A stretch of 64,000 bases of DNA from an uncultured bacterium (GCA_965368975.1 CBDUPA010000007.1:32001-96000); one strand, 5' to 3'. Shown: positions 38,466 to 50,197, counted from the stretch's first letter. Notes: generated from the letters alone by a model not told the origin. A program made the numbers and translations.

Positions 38466-41400
38466 ATGAGTACTCCTGGTTCGTCCGACCCCCTGCCTGA
38501 CGTCACTGCCGGCATGACGCCGGATCTGGCACCAGATCTCGAGAAGCGCCTGGCGCGTCTGACGCCGGCACAGCGCGCTCTCTACCTCAAGCGCATGCAG
38601 CGCAAGAATCTGGACGCAGAGGCCCTGGCTCGGCGCAGTGCCGAGAGGGCGCGCGGCGCGGCGTCGGCCGGCTCTGAGCAGGCCGCGCTGGCGGCGACGC
38701 CGATCCCGCGGCGGGCGCGAGCGGAACCGGGTGTGGAAGCCGAAGGCTGGCCCCTGTCGCTCGACCAGGAGCGCATCTACTTCATTCACCACCTCAACCC
38801 GGACAGCCCGTTCTACAACATCATCGGCGCCGGCCGGTTTCGCGGTCGCCTGCGCCTCGATGTGTTGGAGCGGGCGATCAACGAGGTGGTGCGCCGGCAC
38901 GAGACGCTGCGCACGCGCTTCGAGGTGCGCGGCGGGGCGCCGGTGCAGATCGTCGAGCCGCGGCTGCGGATGCGGATCCCGCTCATCGACCTGCGCGGCC
39001 TGAGCGCCAGCGACGCGCGTTCGACCGCCGACGTCTGGGTGTCCCGCTGCCTCGGTACCGCTTTCCGTCTCGACCGTCTGCCGCTCGGGCTGTCGGTCAT
39101 GTTGCAGGTGGGGGACGAGGAATTCGTCTGGCCGATGGTCTACCACCACATCGTGGTCGACTGGGTGAGCTGGTCACTGTTCCAGCGCGAGATCGTGCTG
39201 CTGTACGAGTACTTTGCCAGGGTGGCTGCCGAGCAGGGCCCGTCTTCAGCCAGCGAGCTGTCACCGCTGCCCGAGCTGCCTATCCAGTACGCTGACTTCG
39301 CTGTCTGGCAGCGACGGCAACTCGATGCCGGTGTGTTGGCGTCGCAATTCGACTACTGGCGCGAGGCCCTGCGCGGGGCACCGGAAGAGACGACGTTGCC
39401 GCTCGACCATCCGCGTCCGCCGATGCAGCGGGGTGACGGTCGGCGCCGTTTTCGCGACCTGCCCGCCGAGGCGTCGCGGCGCTTTCGAGAGTTGATGCGG
39501 CACCAGGGGGTGACGCCGTTCATGGCCTTTCTGGCGCTGTTCAAGGTGCTAGTCCTGCGTCTCACCGGCCAGCGTCGCCTGATCCTCGGTTCGCCGACCA
39601 CCGCGCGCAATCATCCCGACCTGGAGGCGCTGATCGGGTACTTGCTGTACCAGCTGCCTTTCTACACGGACCTTTCGGGCGATCCTGACTTCGAGGAGGT
39701 TCTGCGTCGTGTACGCACCTCGACGCTCGGTGCCTTCGACCACGGGGATACCCCGTTCTCCAAGCTGATTGAACTGGTCGACCCTGAGCGCGATCCACGG
39801 CGCACGCCGCTGACGCAACTGGTCTTGCTATTCCTCGATCCTGACGGCCTCAACACCCAGCTGGCAACGCCAGCGCTGCCGGGCGTCGAATCGCTGCCCT
39901 ACGACTTCGACGGCGAGAGTTCGAAGTTCGACGCCACCTTTGTCGTCTGGGATCGTCCCGTCTATCACCTGTGGATCGAGTACGACAACGATCTCTTCGA
40001 CGCCACCACCATCGACCGCTTCGCACGCCTCTTCGGCACGCTGCTGACCGGCGTCACCGACGATCCGCGCCGGCCGGTGCGTGAGCTGCCCTTGCTCGAC
40101 GTCGTCGAGGTGCACCAGCTGGTGGTGGAGCGCAACGACGTACCGACCCCAGTGGAGTCAGGTACGGTGGAGTCAGGTACGGAAGAGCGGGTCAGGGCAG
40201 AGCCCCTGCCCGGCCTGTCCCTGCCCAGGCGCTTCGAGCTGTGGGCCGAGCGGCAGCCGGACGCTGTCGCCCTGCTGCACCGGCGCCACCACCTCAGCTA
40301 CGGCGAGCTACTGCGCCGCTCGGCAGCGGTGGCGTCGCGCTTGCGGGTGCAGGGTGCCGGTGTCGAAACGCTCGTGGCACTGAGCTTCGCGCCGTCGGTC
40401 GAGTTGTTTATCGGTCAGGTGGGAATCCTGCGCAGCGGTGCGGCGTACGTGCCTGTGGATCCAGTGTATCCGGAGGAGCGGCGGCGGTATCTGGTCGCAG
40501 ACAGCGGCGTCGAGGTGGTGGTGGATGCCGGGTGGATGGAGCAAGTGATGGGGATTGAGAAGCAAGTCGGAGCCGTGAATGCGGAGGCCACCACCCGCCC
40601 AGGGCACCCACATGGGGGTGCCCCTACCCAGAGTTCGGTTCCGGTTCCGGGTAGGGGCGGCCCCATGTGGCCGCCCTCCGAGATCCGTGGCGACAGTACC
40701 GCCTACGTTATCTACACCTCCGGCTCGACCGGCCAGCCCAAAGGCGTCGCGATGAGTCACCACGGCATCGCGCGCCTCTTCGACGCCACCGCCGGCTGGT
40801 TCGACTTCGGCCCTGGCGATGTCTGGGCGCTCTTTCACTCGTTCGCCTTCGACTTCTCGGTGTGGGAGATCTGGGGCGCGTTGGCCTGTGGTGGCCGCTT
40901 GGTGATCCTGTCGGAGGCGGATCGGCGGCAGCCGGCTCGCCTGGCGCGATGGTTGGCGGAGCAGCAGGTCACGGTGCTCAATCAGACGCCCTCGGCGTTT
41001 CGAGGATTGATTCCGGAGATTTGGCAGAATACCGGAGAGGATACGGTAGACAGCTCGCTTCGCGGCGTGATTTTCGGAGGTGAAGCTCTAGATCCGCAGA
41101 TTCTGCGAGAGTGCGTGCGGCGTGACGCGACCGCCTTCGTCAACATGTACGGCATCACCGAGACTGCCGTGCACACCACCTACCGCCGGATCCGCGCCGC
41201 GGATACCGCGCGGTCCTCAAGCCGGATTGGTGTGCCGCTGCCCGACTTGCAGCTCTACGTGCTCGACCGCTGGGTCGGCCTGCTGCCGCTCGGCGTGCCG
41301 GGTGAGCTGGTGGTGGGCGGGGACGGCCTGGCGCGCGGCTATCTGCGCCGACCGTCGCTGACCGCGCAGCGCTTCATTCCGGACCCGTTCTCGCGGAGGA

Positions 41401-44400
41401 ATTCCGGGCGGCGCCTGTACCGCAGCGGCGACCTGGCGCGCACCTGCGTCGACGGTGACTTGGAGTACCTCGGTCGCATCGATCACCAGGTGAAGGTGCG
41501 TGGCTACCGCATCGAGTTGGGCGAGGTCGAGGCGGCGCTCGACGGACATCCGTCGGTGCGCCGTGCTGTGGCCGAGGTGCGCAAGGGCGCGGCCGGTGAC
41601 GGGGGCCGCTTGATCGCCTGGTTGCAGGTCGAGGGTGCTGGTGACGGCGCAGTCGACACCCCGAGCCTGGGCCAGCAGCTGGGGCAGTGGCTGGCCGAGC
41701 GCCTGCCCGAGCACCAGGTACCGTCCCTGCTGCTACCGGTCGACGAGCTCCCGCTCACCACCCACGGCAAAATCGACCGTCGTACCCTGGCGCGGCGTCC
41801 TTTGCCCGACGTCTCGACGGGCGCTGTCTACCGACCTCCGCTGACCGCGGTCGAGAGAACGCTGTGCGACATCTTCACCCAGGTTCTCGACGTACCGCGC
41901 GTCGGTCTGGACGATGGTTTCTTCGACCTCGGTGGCGACTCGCTGCTGAGCATTCGCGTCGTCGGCCTGGCGCGCGATGCCGGCGTGATGCTCGAACTCA
42001 CTGACTTACTGCGGCACCCGACCGTCGGCGCGCTGGCTAGTTTTCTCGCTGCACGTGAAGAGGGGCCGAGCGACGATGTGGAGCAGTACGCAGCGACGCA
42101 GCCCTTCGCCCTGGTTGATGCCGAAGACCGCGCCCGGCTGCCCGCGGACGTCGAAGACGCGTATCCGCTGGCCCGGTTGCAGGCTGGCATGCTTTTCCAC
42201 ATGGCGCTCACCGACGACGAGCCGCCCTACCACAACCTCGACAGCTACCGCCTGCGCGGCCCCTTCGATCCTGACGCTTTCCGCCGTGCCGTCCTCTGCG
42301 TCGTGGCTCAGCAGCCGGCGCTGCGTACCTCCTTCGATCTCGAGCACTACCGCCAGCCCTTGCAGCTGGTGCACGAGGAAGTGGACCCGGACCACGCCTA
42401 CCAGCTCATCGACCTGCGGCACCTGCCCGCAGCCGAGCGTGAGGCCACCGTCGACACTTTCCTGGAGCACCACCGCTCGCGTCCGCTGCCGCTCGACCAG
42501 CCACCGTTGGTGCGTTTCGTGGTGCACTGGTTGGAGCAGGAGGCGGACCGGAGTACTTTCGAGCTGAGCGTGATCGAAAATCACGCCATCTTCGACGGCT
42601 GGAGCCTGCACGTCACCCTGGACGATATCTTTGCCGAGGCGTTCACTTCGACGCCCACGGAGGCAGCCGCCAGTAAGCTATCGCCCGCGGAGCCATCGGC
42701 TGCGGCGGCCGTGACGTATCGAGATTTCGTCGTGCTCGAACGCGCGGCCGAGGCGTCCACGTCCAACCGCGCCTTCTGGCAGCGGATCGTCGAGGATGCA
42801 CCGTTCCTCGAAGTCCCGCGCTGGCCGCTCCCGCCGCGCGGCGAAGACCAGCTGCGCGTGCCCAACGTCACCGTGCCGCTGTCGCCGACCGCCGCCGAGG
42901 CCCAGCAGGCCGCGTCGAAGGTGCTCGGCGTACCAGTCAAGAGCGTCGCCCTGGCCGCCTATCTGGCGGCGCTGGCGCTGTGGACGGGCAGCGACGATAT
43001 CGTTACCAGCTTCACCGCCAACGGCCGCCCCGAGGTACCGGGTGGTGACCAGGTGCGCGGTCTCTTCCTCAACTCCTTGCCGCTGCGCCTGCACAAGCCA
43101 CGCGCCGGCAGCTGGGCCGACCTGATCCGGCGCGCTCGCGACGCCGAACTCGAACTACTGCCGCACCGCCGTTACCCGCTGGCCACCCTGCTGCGCGAGC
43201 TCAACACGGATCGTTCCTCGGGACGCGCGATCGGACGCTCCGCGGGCAGCGGCGCTCAGACCCAGCTGTTCGAGGTTGCCTTCAACTTCGTCCATTTCCA
43301 CGTCGTCGACGCCCTGCTCGACTCACGGCTGGAAGTGTTGGAGACCCGTATCCACGACGTCGACAGCACGACCCTCGTGTGCACGTCCGGCCGCCAGCCC
43401 GGCAGCGGCGAGCCCTACCTGCAGTTCGCTTGGGATGCCGACGAGGTCGGCCGCGCACAGGTGCGGCGTCTGGCCGAGTTGTTCGAGCGAGTCTATGAAG
43501 CGATGGCCGACCTGGAGCGGCCGGTGGCGTCGACGTCGGTGCTGAGCCGGGCGGAGCGGCACCAGATCGTGGTGGAGTGGAACGCGACCCCCGACCGTGA
43601 GCCATTCCTGGATCGGCACATGGACCTCCCCCTACCCAGATGGGAAAGCGACAGTCTGCACGCCCGCATCTTGCATTGGGTCCGGAACACCCCGGACGCC
43701 GTTGCCACGATCGAATCCACCGACGCGATCGACCAGGTGCTGACCTACGGTGAGTTGGGCCACCGCTCCGCCCGCCTGGCGTCGCACCTGCGCGCGCGCG
43801 GCCTGGCACCCGAGACCCGTGTCGGGATCTTCCTGGAGCGCAGCCTCGATGTTCCGGTCGCGCTGCTCGGTGTGCTGCGCGCAGGTGGGGCCTACCTGCC
43901 GCTCGATCCCACCTTTCCCGCCGAGCGTCTGGCCTGGCTGCTGGAAGACAGCGGCGCTCCGTTCGTGGTCACATCCGCCGAGCTTCGCTCGCGCTTGCCG
44001 CAAGCACCGGCGGAGGAGGCAGAGGTCGAGGTGGTCGTGCTGGACGAGGTCGAAGCCTTCGCGGATCCGGTCGCGGATCCCACGGCGGCGGCTCTCACAG
44101 TCGGCCTGAGCGATCCACGGCAACTGGTCTACGTCATCCACACCTCCGGCTCCACCGGCCGTCCCAAAGGTGTGTGCGCCCACCATGCCGGTGTGCTGGC
44201 GTTGCTCGATACCTACCGCACGCCGCTGATCGCTGCCGGAGCGCGTGCCAGTTGGTGGACGCGGCTAGTCTTCGACGTCTCCGTTTCCGAGATCTTTTTC
44301 CCCCTCACCAACGGCGTCGCGCTCGAGATTGCCCCGGAACGCCTGCGCGCTGACGCCTCCGGCTTCCTCGACTGGCAGGCCGAACGTCGGATCGATGGTG

Positions 44401-45635
44401 CCTACGTGCCCGCCTTCCACCTGGCGGAACTGGAGCGTCGCGCCCGCGAGCCGTCCGCCAGCAACCTGCCCCCGCTGGTGCACCTGGAAGTCGGCGTCGA
44501 ACCGATCGCCGCCGAGCGGCTGCTCACCATCGCGCGCGGCCTGGCTCGGCGCAGTGGCGTCGAGATCGACCTGAACAACGGCTATGGCCCCACCGAAGTC
44601 ACGGACTGCAGCCTCGCCAAGTTCGTGCGCCTCTGGCACTATCAGCATACGCCCCCCCTGCGCGGTCGCACCCCTATTGGTCGCAACCTGCTCGGCGGCC
44701 GCGTCTACCTTCTCGACGCTCGTGGTGATCTGGTGTTGCCTGGCGTTCCTGGAGAGATTCATCTCGGCGGTGCCGGCGTCACCCGTGGCTACCTCGATCG
44801 CCCGGCGCTCACCGCCGCTGCCTTCGTTCCCGATCCCTTCGCCGATGAACACGCTGCCGGGGGAGTGCAGGGCCGTCGACCCGGTGCCCGCATCTACCGC
44901 TCCGGCGACCTCGGCAGGTACGCGCCGGATGGCGATATCGAGTTCCTCGGTCGTCGCGACCACCAGTTCAAGATTCGCGGCTACCGTGTCGAGCCCGGAG
45001 AAGTCGAAGCTGTCGTCGAAGCCACCCCCGATGTCGAGGCCGCTGCCGTCATCGTCCACGATAGCGGCGCTTCCGTCGGCCTGCGCCTGGTGGCCTACAT
45101 CGTTCCAGCCGTCGACCTGTTCGACGAAGCTGACGAGGACAAGTGGCTCAAAGACGTGCAGCGTCAACTCGGCCGTCAGCTGCCCGAATATATGGTGCCG
45201 TCCCTCTTCGTCTTGCTCGACGCTCTACCGCGCAATTCGAGCGGCAAGCTGAACCGTCAAGCCCTACCGTCGCCGGATGATGTCGGTCAGGTCGCCACCC
45301 AGTACGTGGCGCCGCGGACGGCCGTCGAAGACGTCCTGACGCGCATGTGGGGTGAGCTGCTGGGTGTCGAGAAGGTCGGCGTCGACGACGACTTTTTCGA
45401 CCTCGGCGGCCATTCTCTGGTGGCCACCCAGCTGGTGTCGCGCATCCGCGATATCTTCGACCTGGACGTACCCCTGATCGAATTCTTCGAGCTGCGCACC
45501 GTCGCCGATCTCGCCGCCGCGCTGGTTTCGGCGGACGAGGATTCTGAGTACGCCGAGAAGGCCGCCCGCGCCTGGTTGCGGTTGCAGCAGCTGAGCCCGG
45601 CGGAGCGGGCCGCGCTGCTGGCGTCGAGGGAGTGA
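38466..45635 (+). CDS. Two-module NRPS: C-A(Thr)-T-C(modAA-like)-A-T, no TE
   Basis: HHIVVDW; Thr code DFWNIGMVHK read by eye; GGDSL; EDAYPLARLQAGMLFH...NHAIFDGWS; a second A domain; GGHSL. Start at ATG 38466 or 38514. Confidence 0.93.
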   Translation: MSTPGSSDPLPDVTAGMTPDLAPDLEKRLARLTPAQRALYLKRMQRKNLDAEALARRSAERARGAASAGSEQAALAATPIPRRARAEPGVEAEGWPLSLDQERIYFIHHLNPDSPFYNIIGAGRFRGRLRLDVLERAINEVVRRHETLRTRFEVRGGAPVQIVEPRLRMRIPLIDLRGLSASDARSTADVWVSRCLGTAFRLDRLPLGLSVMLQVGDEEFVWPMVYHHIVVDWVSWSLFQREIVLLYEYFARVAAEQGPSSASELSPLPELPIQYADFAVWQRRQLDAGVLASQFDYWREALRGAPEETTLPLDHPRPPMQRGDGRRRFRDLPAEASRRFRELMRHQGVTPFMAFLALFKVLVLRLTGQRRLILGSPTTARNHPDLEALIGYLLYQLPFYTDLSGDPDFEEVLRRVRTSTLGAFDHGDTPFSKLIELVDPERDPRRTPLTQLVLLFLDPDGLNTQLATPALPGVESLPYDFDGESSKFDATFVVWDRPVYHLWIEYDNDLFDATTIDRFARLFGTLLTGVTDDPRRPVRELPLLDVVEVHQLVVERNDVPTPVESGTVESGTEERVRAEPLPGLSLPRRFELWAERQPDAVALLHRRHHLSYGELLRRSAAVASRLRVQGAGVETLVALSFAPSVELFIGQVGILRSGAAYVPVDPVYPEERRRYLVADSGVEVVVDAGWMEQVMGIEKQVGAVNAEATTRPGHPHGGAPTQSSVPVPGRGGPMWPPSEIRGDSTAYVIYTSGSTGQPKGVAMSHHGIARLFDATAGWFDFGPGDVWALFHSFAFDFSVWEIWGALACGGRLVILSEADRRQPARLARWLAEQQVTVLNQTPSAFRGLIPEIWQNTGEDTVDSSLRGVIFGGEALDPQILRECVRRDATAFVNMYGITETAVHTTYRRIRAADTARSSSRIGVPLPDLQLYVLDRWVGLLPLGVPGELVVGGDGLARGYLRRPSLTAQRFIPDPFSRRNSGRRLYRSGDLARTCVDGDLEYLGRIDHQVKVRGYRIELGEVEAALDGHPSVRRAVAEVRKGAAGDGGRLIAWLQVEGAGDGAVDTPSLGQQLGQWLAERLPEHQVPSLLLPVDELPLTTHGKIDRRTLARRPLPDVSTGAVYRPPLTAVERTLCDIFTQVLDVPRVGLDDGFFDLGGDSLLSIRVVGLARDAGVMLELTDLLRHPTVGALASFLAAREEGPSDDVEQYAATQPFALVDAEDRARLPADVEDAYPLARLQAGMLFHMALTDDEPPYHNLDSYRLRGPFDPDAFRRAVLCVVAQQPALRTSFDLEHYRQPLQLVHEEVDPDHAYQLIDLRHLPAAEREATVDTFLEHHRSRPLPLDQPPLVRFVVHWLEQEADRSTFELSVIENHAIFDGWSLHVTLDDIFAEAFTSTPTEAAASKLSPAEPSAAAAVTYRDFVVLERAAEASTSNRAFWQRIVEDAPFLEVPRWPLPPRGEDQLRVPNVTVPLSPTAAEAQQAASKVLGVPVKSVALAAYLAALALWTGSDDIVTSFTANGRPEVPGGDQVRGLFLNSLPLRLHKPRAGSWADLIRRARDAELELLPHRRYPLATLLRELNTDRSSGRAIGRSAGSGAQTQLFEVAFNFVHFHVVDALLDSRLEVLETRIHDVDSTTLVCTSGRQPGSGEPYLQFAWDADEVGRAQVRRLAELFERVYEAMADLERPVASTSVLSRAERHQIVVEWNATPDREPFLDRHMDLPLPRWESDSLHARILHWVRNTPDAVATIESTDAIDQVLTYGELGHRSARLASHLRARGLAPETRVGIFLERSLDVPVALLGVLRAGGAYLPLDPTFPAERLAWLLEDSGAPFVVTSAELRSRLPQAPAEEAEVEVVVLDEVEAFADPVADPTAAALTVGLSDPRQLVYVIHTSGSTGRPKGVCAHHAGVLALLDTYRTPLIAAGARASWWTRLVFDVSVSEIFFPLTNGVALEIAPERLRADASGFLDWQAERRIDGAYVPAFHLAELERRAREPSASNLPPLVHLEVGVEPIAAERLLTIARGLARRSGVEIDLNNGYGPTEVTDCSLAKFVRLWHYQHTPPLRGRTPIGRNLLGGRVYLLDARGDLVLPGVPGEIHLGGAGVTRGYLDRPALTAAAFVPDPFADEHAAGGVQGRRPGARIYRSGDLGRYAPDGDIEFLGRRDHQFKIRGYRVEPGEVEAVVEATPDVEAAAVIVHDSGASVGLRLVAYIVPAVDLFDEADEDKWLKDVQRQLGRQLPEYMVPSLFVLLDALPRNSSGKLNRQALPSPDDVGQVATQYVAPRTAVEDVLTRMWGELLGVEKVGVDDDFFDLGGHSLVATQLVSRIRDIFDLDVPLIEFFELRTVADLAAALVSADEDSEYAEKAARAWLRLQQLSPAERAALLASRE
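40602..40676. repeat. Inverted pair of GTAG REP-like palindromes inside an NRPS A-domain loop
   Basis: 40602-40627 (-) GTAGGGGCACCCCCATGTGGGTGCCC and 40651-40676 (+) GTAGGGGCGGCCCCATGTGGCCGCCC, with compensatory stem changes. Confidence 0.8.
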
Positions 45636-45676
45636 AGACGGAGGAGCTGCTAGAATCCAGACAGCAAGGAGGCGAG

Positions 45677-45883
45677 ATGAGTACAGCAACGGCTCAGCAG
45701 TTTGTTGCCGATGACTCTGGGAATCGGGTGGGCGTCATCTTGGACATGGTCAGCTACTCGGCACTTGTCGAGGCGGCCGAGGAACTGGAGGCTATCCGAG
45801 CGTATGACGACGCCAAAGCCGCTGGCGATGAGATGATCCCGTTTGAGCAAGCTATACGAGAAATCGAGGAGCGGCGAGGCTAG
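45677..45883 (+). CDS. Putative type II antitoxin upstream of relE
   Basis: 68-aa acidic ORF (QFVADDSGNRVGVIL...IPFEQ) with RBS AGGAGG, directly before a RelE-like gene. Confidence 0.75.
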   Translation: MSTATAQQFVADDSGNRVGVILDMVSYSALVEAAEELEAIRAYDDAKAAGDEMIPFEQAIREIEERRG

Positions 45884-45886
45884 TCT

Positions 45887-46137
45887 TTGTCCTACGATCT
45901 GCAGATCTTGCGGCGCAAAAGTCCCTGGAACGCCTCCCGTCCCCTCACTATCAGCGTGTTCGCGATGCGATTCGCTCTCTTGCGGATGAACCGAGACCAC
46001 CCGGATGCCTGCGCCTCTCTGGCCGCTCGGGCTGGCGGTTACGAGTCGGACGATATCGAGTGGTGTATGACATCGAAGATACAATTCGAGTTGTTGCCGT
46101 CCTCGACGTAGGGCATCGAAAGGACATCTACAGGTAG
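45887..46137 (+). pseudogene. relE: RelE/ParE-family toxin, frameshifted near codon 10
   Basis: MSYDLQILRR, then the -1 frame gives QKSLERL...PRPPGCLRLSGRSGWRLRVGRYRVVYDI...VGHRKDIYR-TAG(46135-46137). Confidence 0.8.
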
Positions 46138-46178
46138 CCTTAGTTCAGTGGCTCGCCGGGGCACTGAAGGAGAAAGCC

Positions 46179-46580
46179 ATGAACACGCTTAGTTATGGAT
46201 TCGAGACCACTCTGCCGGACGTCAGCTACGATGATGCCGTCCAGCGCGTCACGGCAGCTTTGCAGGAAGAAGGCTTCGGTGTGCTCACCGAGATCGACGT
46301 CAAGGCGACGCTGAAGAAAAAGATCGACGCCGACTTCCGCCGCTACCTGATCCTCGGTGCCTGCAACCCCCACCTCGCCCATCGCGCGTTGCAGGCGGAG
46401 TCGCAGCTAGGTTTGTTGCTGCCGTGCAACGTTGTCGTGCAGGAAGCCGACGGCGGTGGCAGTGTCGTGTCGATCGTGGATCCGAAGGCGATGTTCCAGA
46501 TGGTCGAGAATCCAGCCTTGGGACCGGTTGCGGAAGAAGTCGCACAGAAGCTACGGCGCGTCTTGGCGGCGTTGGGCTGA
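46179..46580 (+). CDS. DUF302 domain protein
   Basis: GFGVLTEID, YLILGACNP, LLLPCNVVV. RBS AAGGAG. Confidence 0.9.
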   Translation: MNTLSYGFETTLPDVSYDDAVQRVTAALQEEGFGVLTEIDVKATLKKKIDADFRRYLILGACNPHLAHRALQAESQLGLLLPCNVVVQEADGGGSVVSIVDPKAMFQMVENPALGPVAEEVAQKLRRVLAALG

Positions 46581-47969
46581 ACTCTGCGAAAGCGAGGTTG
46601 GCACCGTCTCCGTCAGGCAGTACAGGTAGCGCTCGCCGCGTAGAAAGAGATCGTGTCCGGAAAGCACGGCGGAGGCACTGAAGCCGTCGTCGAGGTGGTT
46701 GCGGGCCAGGGTCTCAGGCGTGTCGACATCGCTCAGTACGACCGTCGTTCCGTGCAGATCCGTGACATATACACGACCGGCAGCGGCGACCGGGGAGCCA
46801 TAGACGTTACGGATGCCAGGCAACCGAAGCGGACCAGGCCGCTCGCGGCCATCACGGGCGTCGACGCGGGTGAGGACGCTCTGGTAGTGGTTGTGGAAGT
46901 ACAGCACGCCGTCGATCAGGAGTGGCGACGGGATGTAGGGCGTACCTCGGTTGCGCTGCCAGGCCACATGGTCACTGCCCGTCAGGTCACCGCGGGCTCC
47001 GTCGAGGCGGAGGGCGAAGAAGATCTGGTGGTCGTAGCTGCTGCCGGCATACACGTAGCCGTCTGCCGCCACGGGGGACGCCACCACGTTGGCGGACAAG
47101 CCACCAGCTTGCCATAGCTCTTTGCCGTCATCGAGAGCGTAGCCGCGCAGCCGGTCGGTACCGGCGACGATGACTTGTGCCTGCCCCGCGTGCTCGACCA
47201 CGATTGGCGTCGACCACGAGGTTCCCTGGTTGCGCGGGATACGCCAGCGCTCAGTACCTGTCTTGCGGTCCAGGGCGACCAGGAAAGAGGCCCCTTCGTG
47301 GTCCCAGACCAGCACCACCGTATCGCCGTGCAGCGCCGGTGAGCTACCCTCGCCGTGGCCGTGCTTCACTTGCATGTCGCCGAAATCTTTTTTCCACAGC
47401 AGCTTGCCGTCAAGATCGAGAGCGTAGAGGCCTTGAGAACCAAAGAAGGCGATCAACACTTCGCCGTCTGTGATCGGTGAGGCCGAGGCGTAGCTACCGG
47501 AGCGATGCATGCCCTGCCAGGGGATCTCGCTGCGCACCGTCGTCTGCCAGGCGATGTTCCCGGTGTGTCTGTCGACCGCCAGGACGACAAAGTCGTGCTT
47601 GTGACTCACCGCCGCGTTGTCGTGAGCTCCCGGCGCCTCGACGTTGACCGGTGCGAAGCCTTCTCCGGTCTCGATCGCGGTCGTCAAGAACAGGCGATCA
47701 CCCCAGAGAACCGGCGTCGAGTGCCCTTTGCCTGGCAGCTCGACCTTCCAGCGAACGTTCTCCTGCTCGCTCCAGCGAATCGGCGGGTCCGCGTGGGGTG
47801 CTTCGCCGGTGGCCAGGGGGCCACGCCATTGAGGCCATTGGTGGACAGGGTCGAGGGTGGCTGTGGCTGGGTCCGCGAGTATCTCGTAGCCGACTGCCAG
47901 CAAGCAGAAGGAGATAGTGAGAACGGTCGGGAGTGTTTTCCAGGCTCTTGTCCTGGGATGTGTGAACAT
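46551..47969 (-). CDS. PQQ-like beta-propeller repeat exported protein
   Basis: Signal segment, WPQWRGP, NVRWKVELPGKGHSTP, and repeated ALD..G..W / SP repeats. Confidence 0.85.
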   Translation of the reverse strand: MFTHPRTRAWKTLPTVLTISFCLLAVGYEILADPATATLDPVHQWPQWRGPLATGEAPHADPPIRWSEQENVRWKVELPGKGHSTPVLWGDRLFLTTAIETGEGFAPVNVEAPGAHDNAAVSHKHDFVVLAVDRHTGNIAWQTTVRSEIPWQGMHRSGSYASASPITDGEVLIAFFGSQGLYALDLDGKLLWKKDFGDMQVKHGHGEGSSPALHGDTVVLVWDHEGASFLVALDRKTGTERWRIPRNQGTSWSTPIVVEHAGQAQVIVAGTDRLRGYALDDGKELWQAGGLSANVVASPVAADGYVYAGSSYDHQIFFALRLDGARGDLTGSDHVAWQRNRGTPYIPSPLLIDGVLYFHNHYQSVLTRVDARDGRERPGPLRLPGIRNVYGSPVAAAGRVYVTDLHGTTVVLSDVDTPETLARNHLDDGFSASAVLSGHDLFLRGERYLYCLTETVPTSLSQSSAQRRQDAP

Positions 47970-48075
47970 TGGAGCAGTGTAGCTCACGGTTCCAACAGGC
48001 AGCATGGGGGCTTTGCTAGAATCAGACCGTCAGGAGAATGAAGGTGCTTCTTCGGAGAAAGACGAGGCGAATGCG

Positions 48076-48324
48076 ATGAACGACACAAGCTTACTCGATC
48101 GAATTACCGTGGATCCGCGGATTTTCAATGGCAAGCCGATCATTCGAGGTCGACGCCTCGCCGTTGAACATGTTCTGGGCATGCTGGCTGCGGGCGACTC
48201 GATCGAGACCTTGCTCGAAGGGTATCCCTGGTTGGAGCGGGAAGATGTCCTGGCCTGCCTAGTCTATGCACGCCGTCTCGTCGGTCACGAACGTGTCGAA
48301 CCGGTGATGCTCGAAGCCAGCTGA
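48076..48324 (+). CDS. DUF433 family antitoxin
   Basis: RITVDPRIFNGKPIIRGRR...YPWLEREDVLACL. Confidence 0.9.
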   Translation: MNDTSLLDRITVDPRIFNGKPIIRGRRLAVEHVLGMLAAGDSIETLLEGYPWLEREDVLACLVYARRLVGHERVEPVMLEAS

Positions 48325-48680
48325 TGAAGGTTCTCTTGGACTCCTGCGTCTGGAGTCTGGCTAGGGTGGATCTAGAGGCAGCCGGGCATGCAGTCGACTG
48401 GGTAGGAGATTGGGATCAGGACCCGGGCGACGAGGAGATCCTGCGATGGGCGGCCCATCGAGGCTGGGTGATCGTTACTTTGGACAAAGACTTCGGGGAG
48501 CTTGCAGTCGTCCAGGGTCTGACGCGGCCTAGCATAGTCCGGCTCGTTGACATTCCTGCTCGACAGCAGGGGAAGCTGTGTGCGGAAATGCTGGGCCGAT
48601 TTCTCGACGAGTTGAAAGCCGGCGTGCTGTTGACGGTGCAGCTGAGAAGAGTGCGGATTCGTAGACTCGATCCAAAGTGA
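48324..48680 (+). CDS. DUF5615 PIN-like toxin
   Basis: MKVLLD, GH, DEEIL, VTLDKDFGEL. Translationally coupled to the DUF433 gene. Confidence 0.88.
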   Translation: MKVLLDSCVWSLARVDLEAAGHAVDWVGDWDQDPGDEEILRWAAHRGWVIVTLDKDFGELAVVQGLTRPSIVRLVDIPARQQGKLCAEMLGRFLDELKAGVLLTVQLRRVRIRRLDPK

Positions 48681-48699
48681 ACTCGGACACTCCCGAGGC

Positions 48700-50148
<1,449 letters not shown>

Positions 50149-50197
50149 GGATCTCCTTGCCGAGGTTTGTCGTGCGGGTACTTCCCGTCACGGGACC

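Noticed and set aside
38223-38515. Long head-to-head overlap of NRPS2 and the DASS transporter, as given in the ORF track
   Set aside because: Downstream ATGs at 38466 (+) and 38446 (-) remove the overlap and fit a shared -10 element.
45908-45921. Programmed -1 frameshift in relE
   Set aside because: There is no in-frame X XXY YYZ or A AAG slippery motif; a deletion or sequencing error is more likely.
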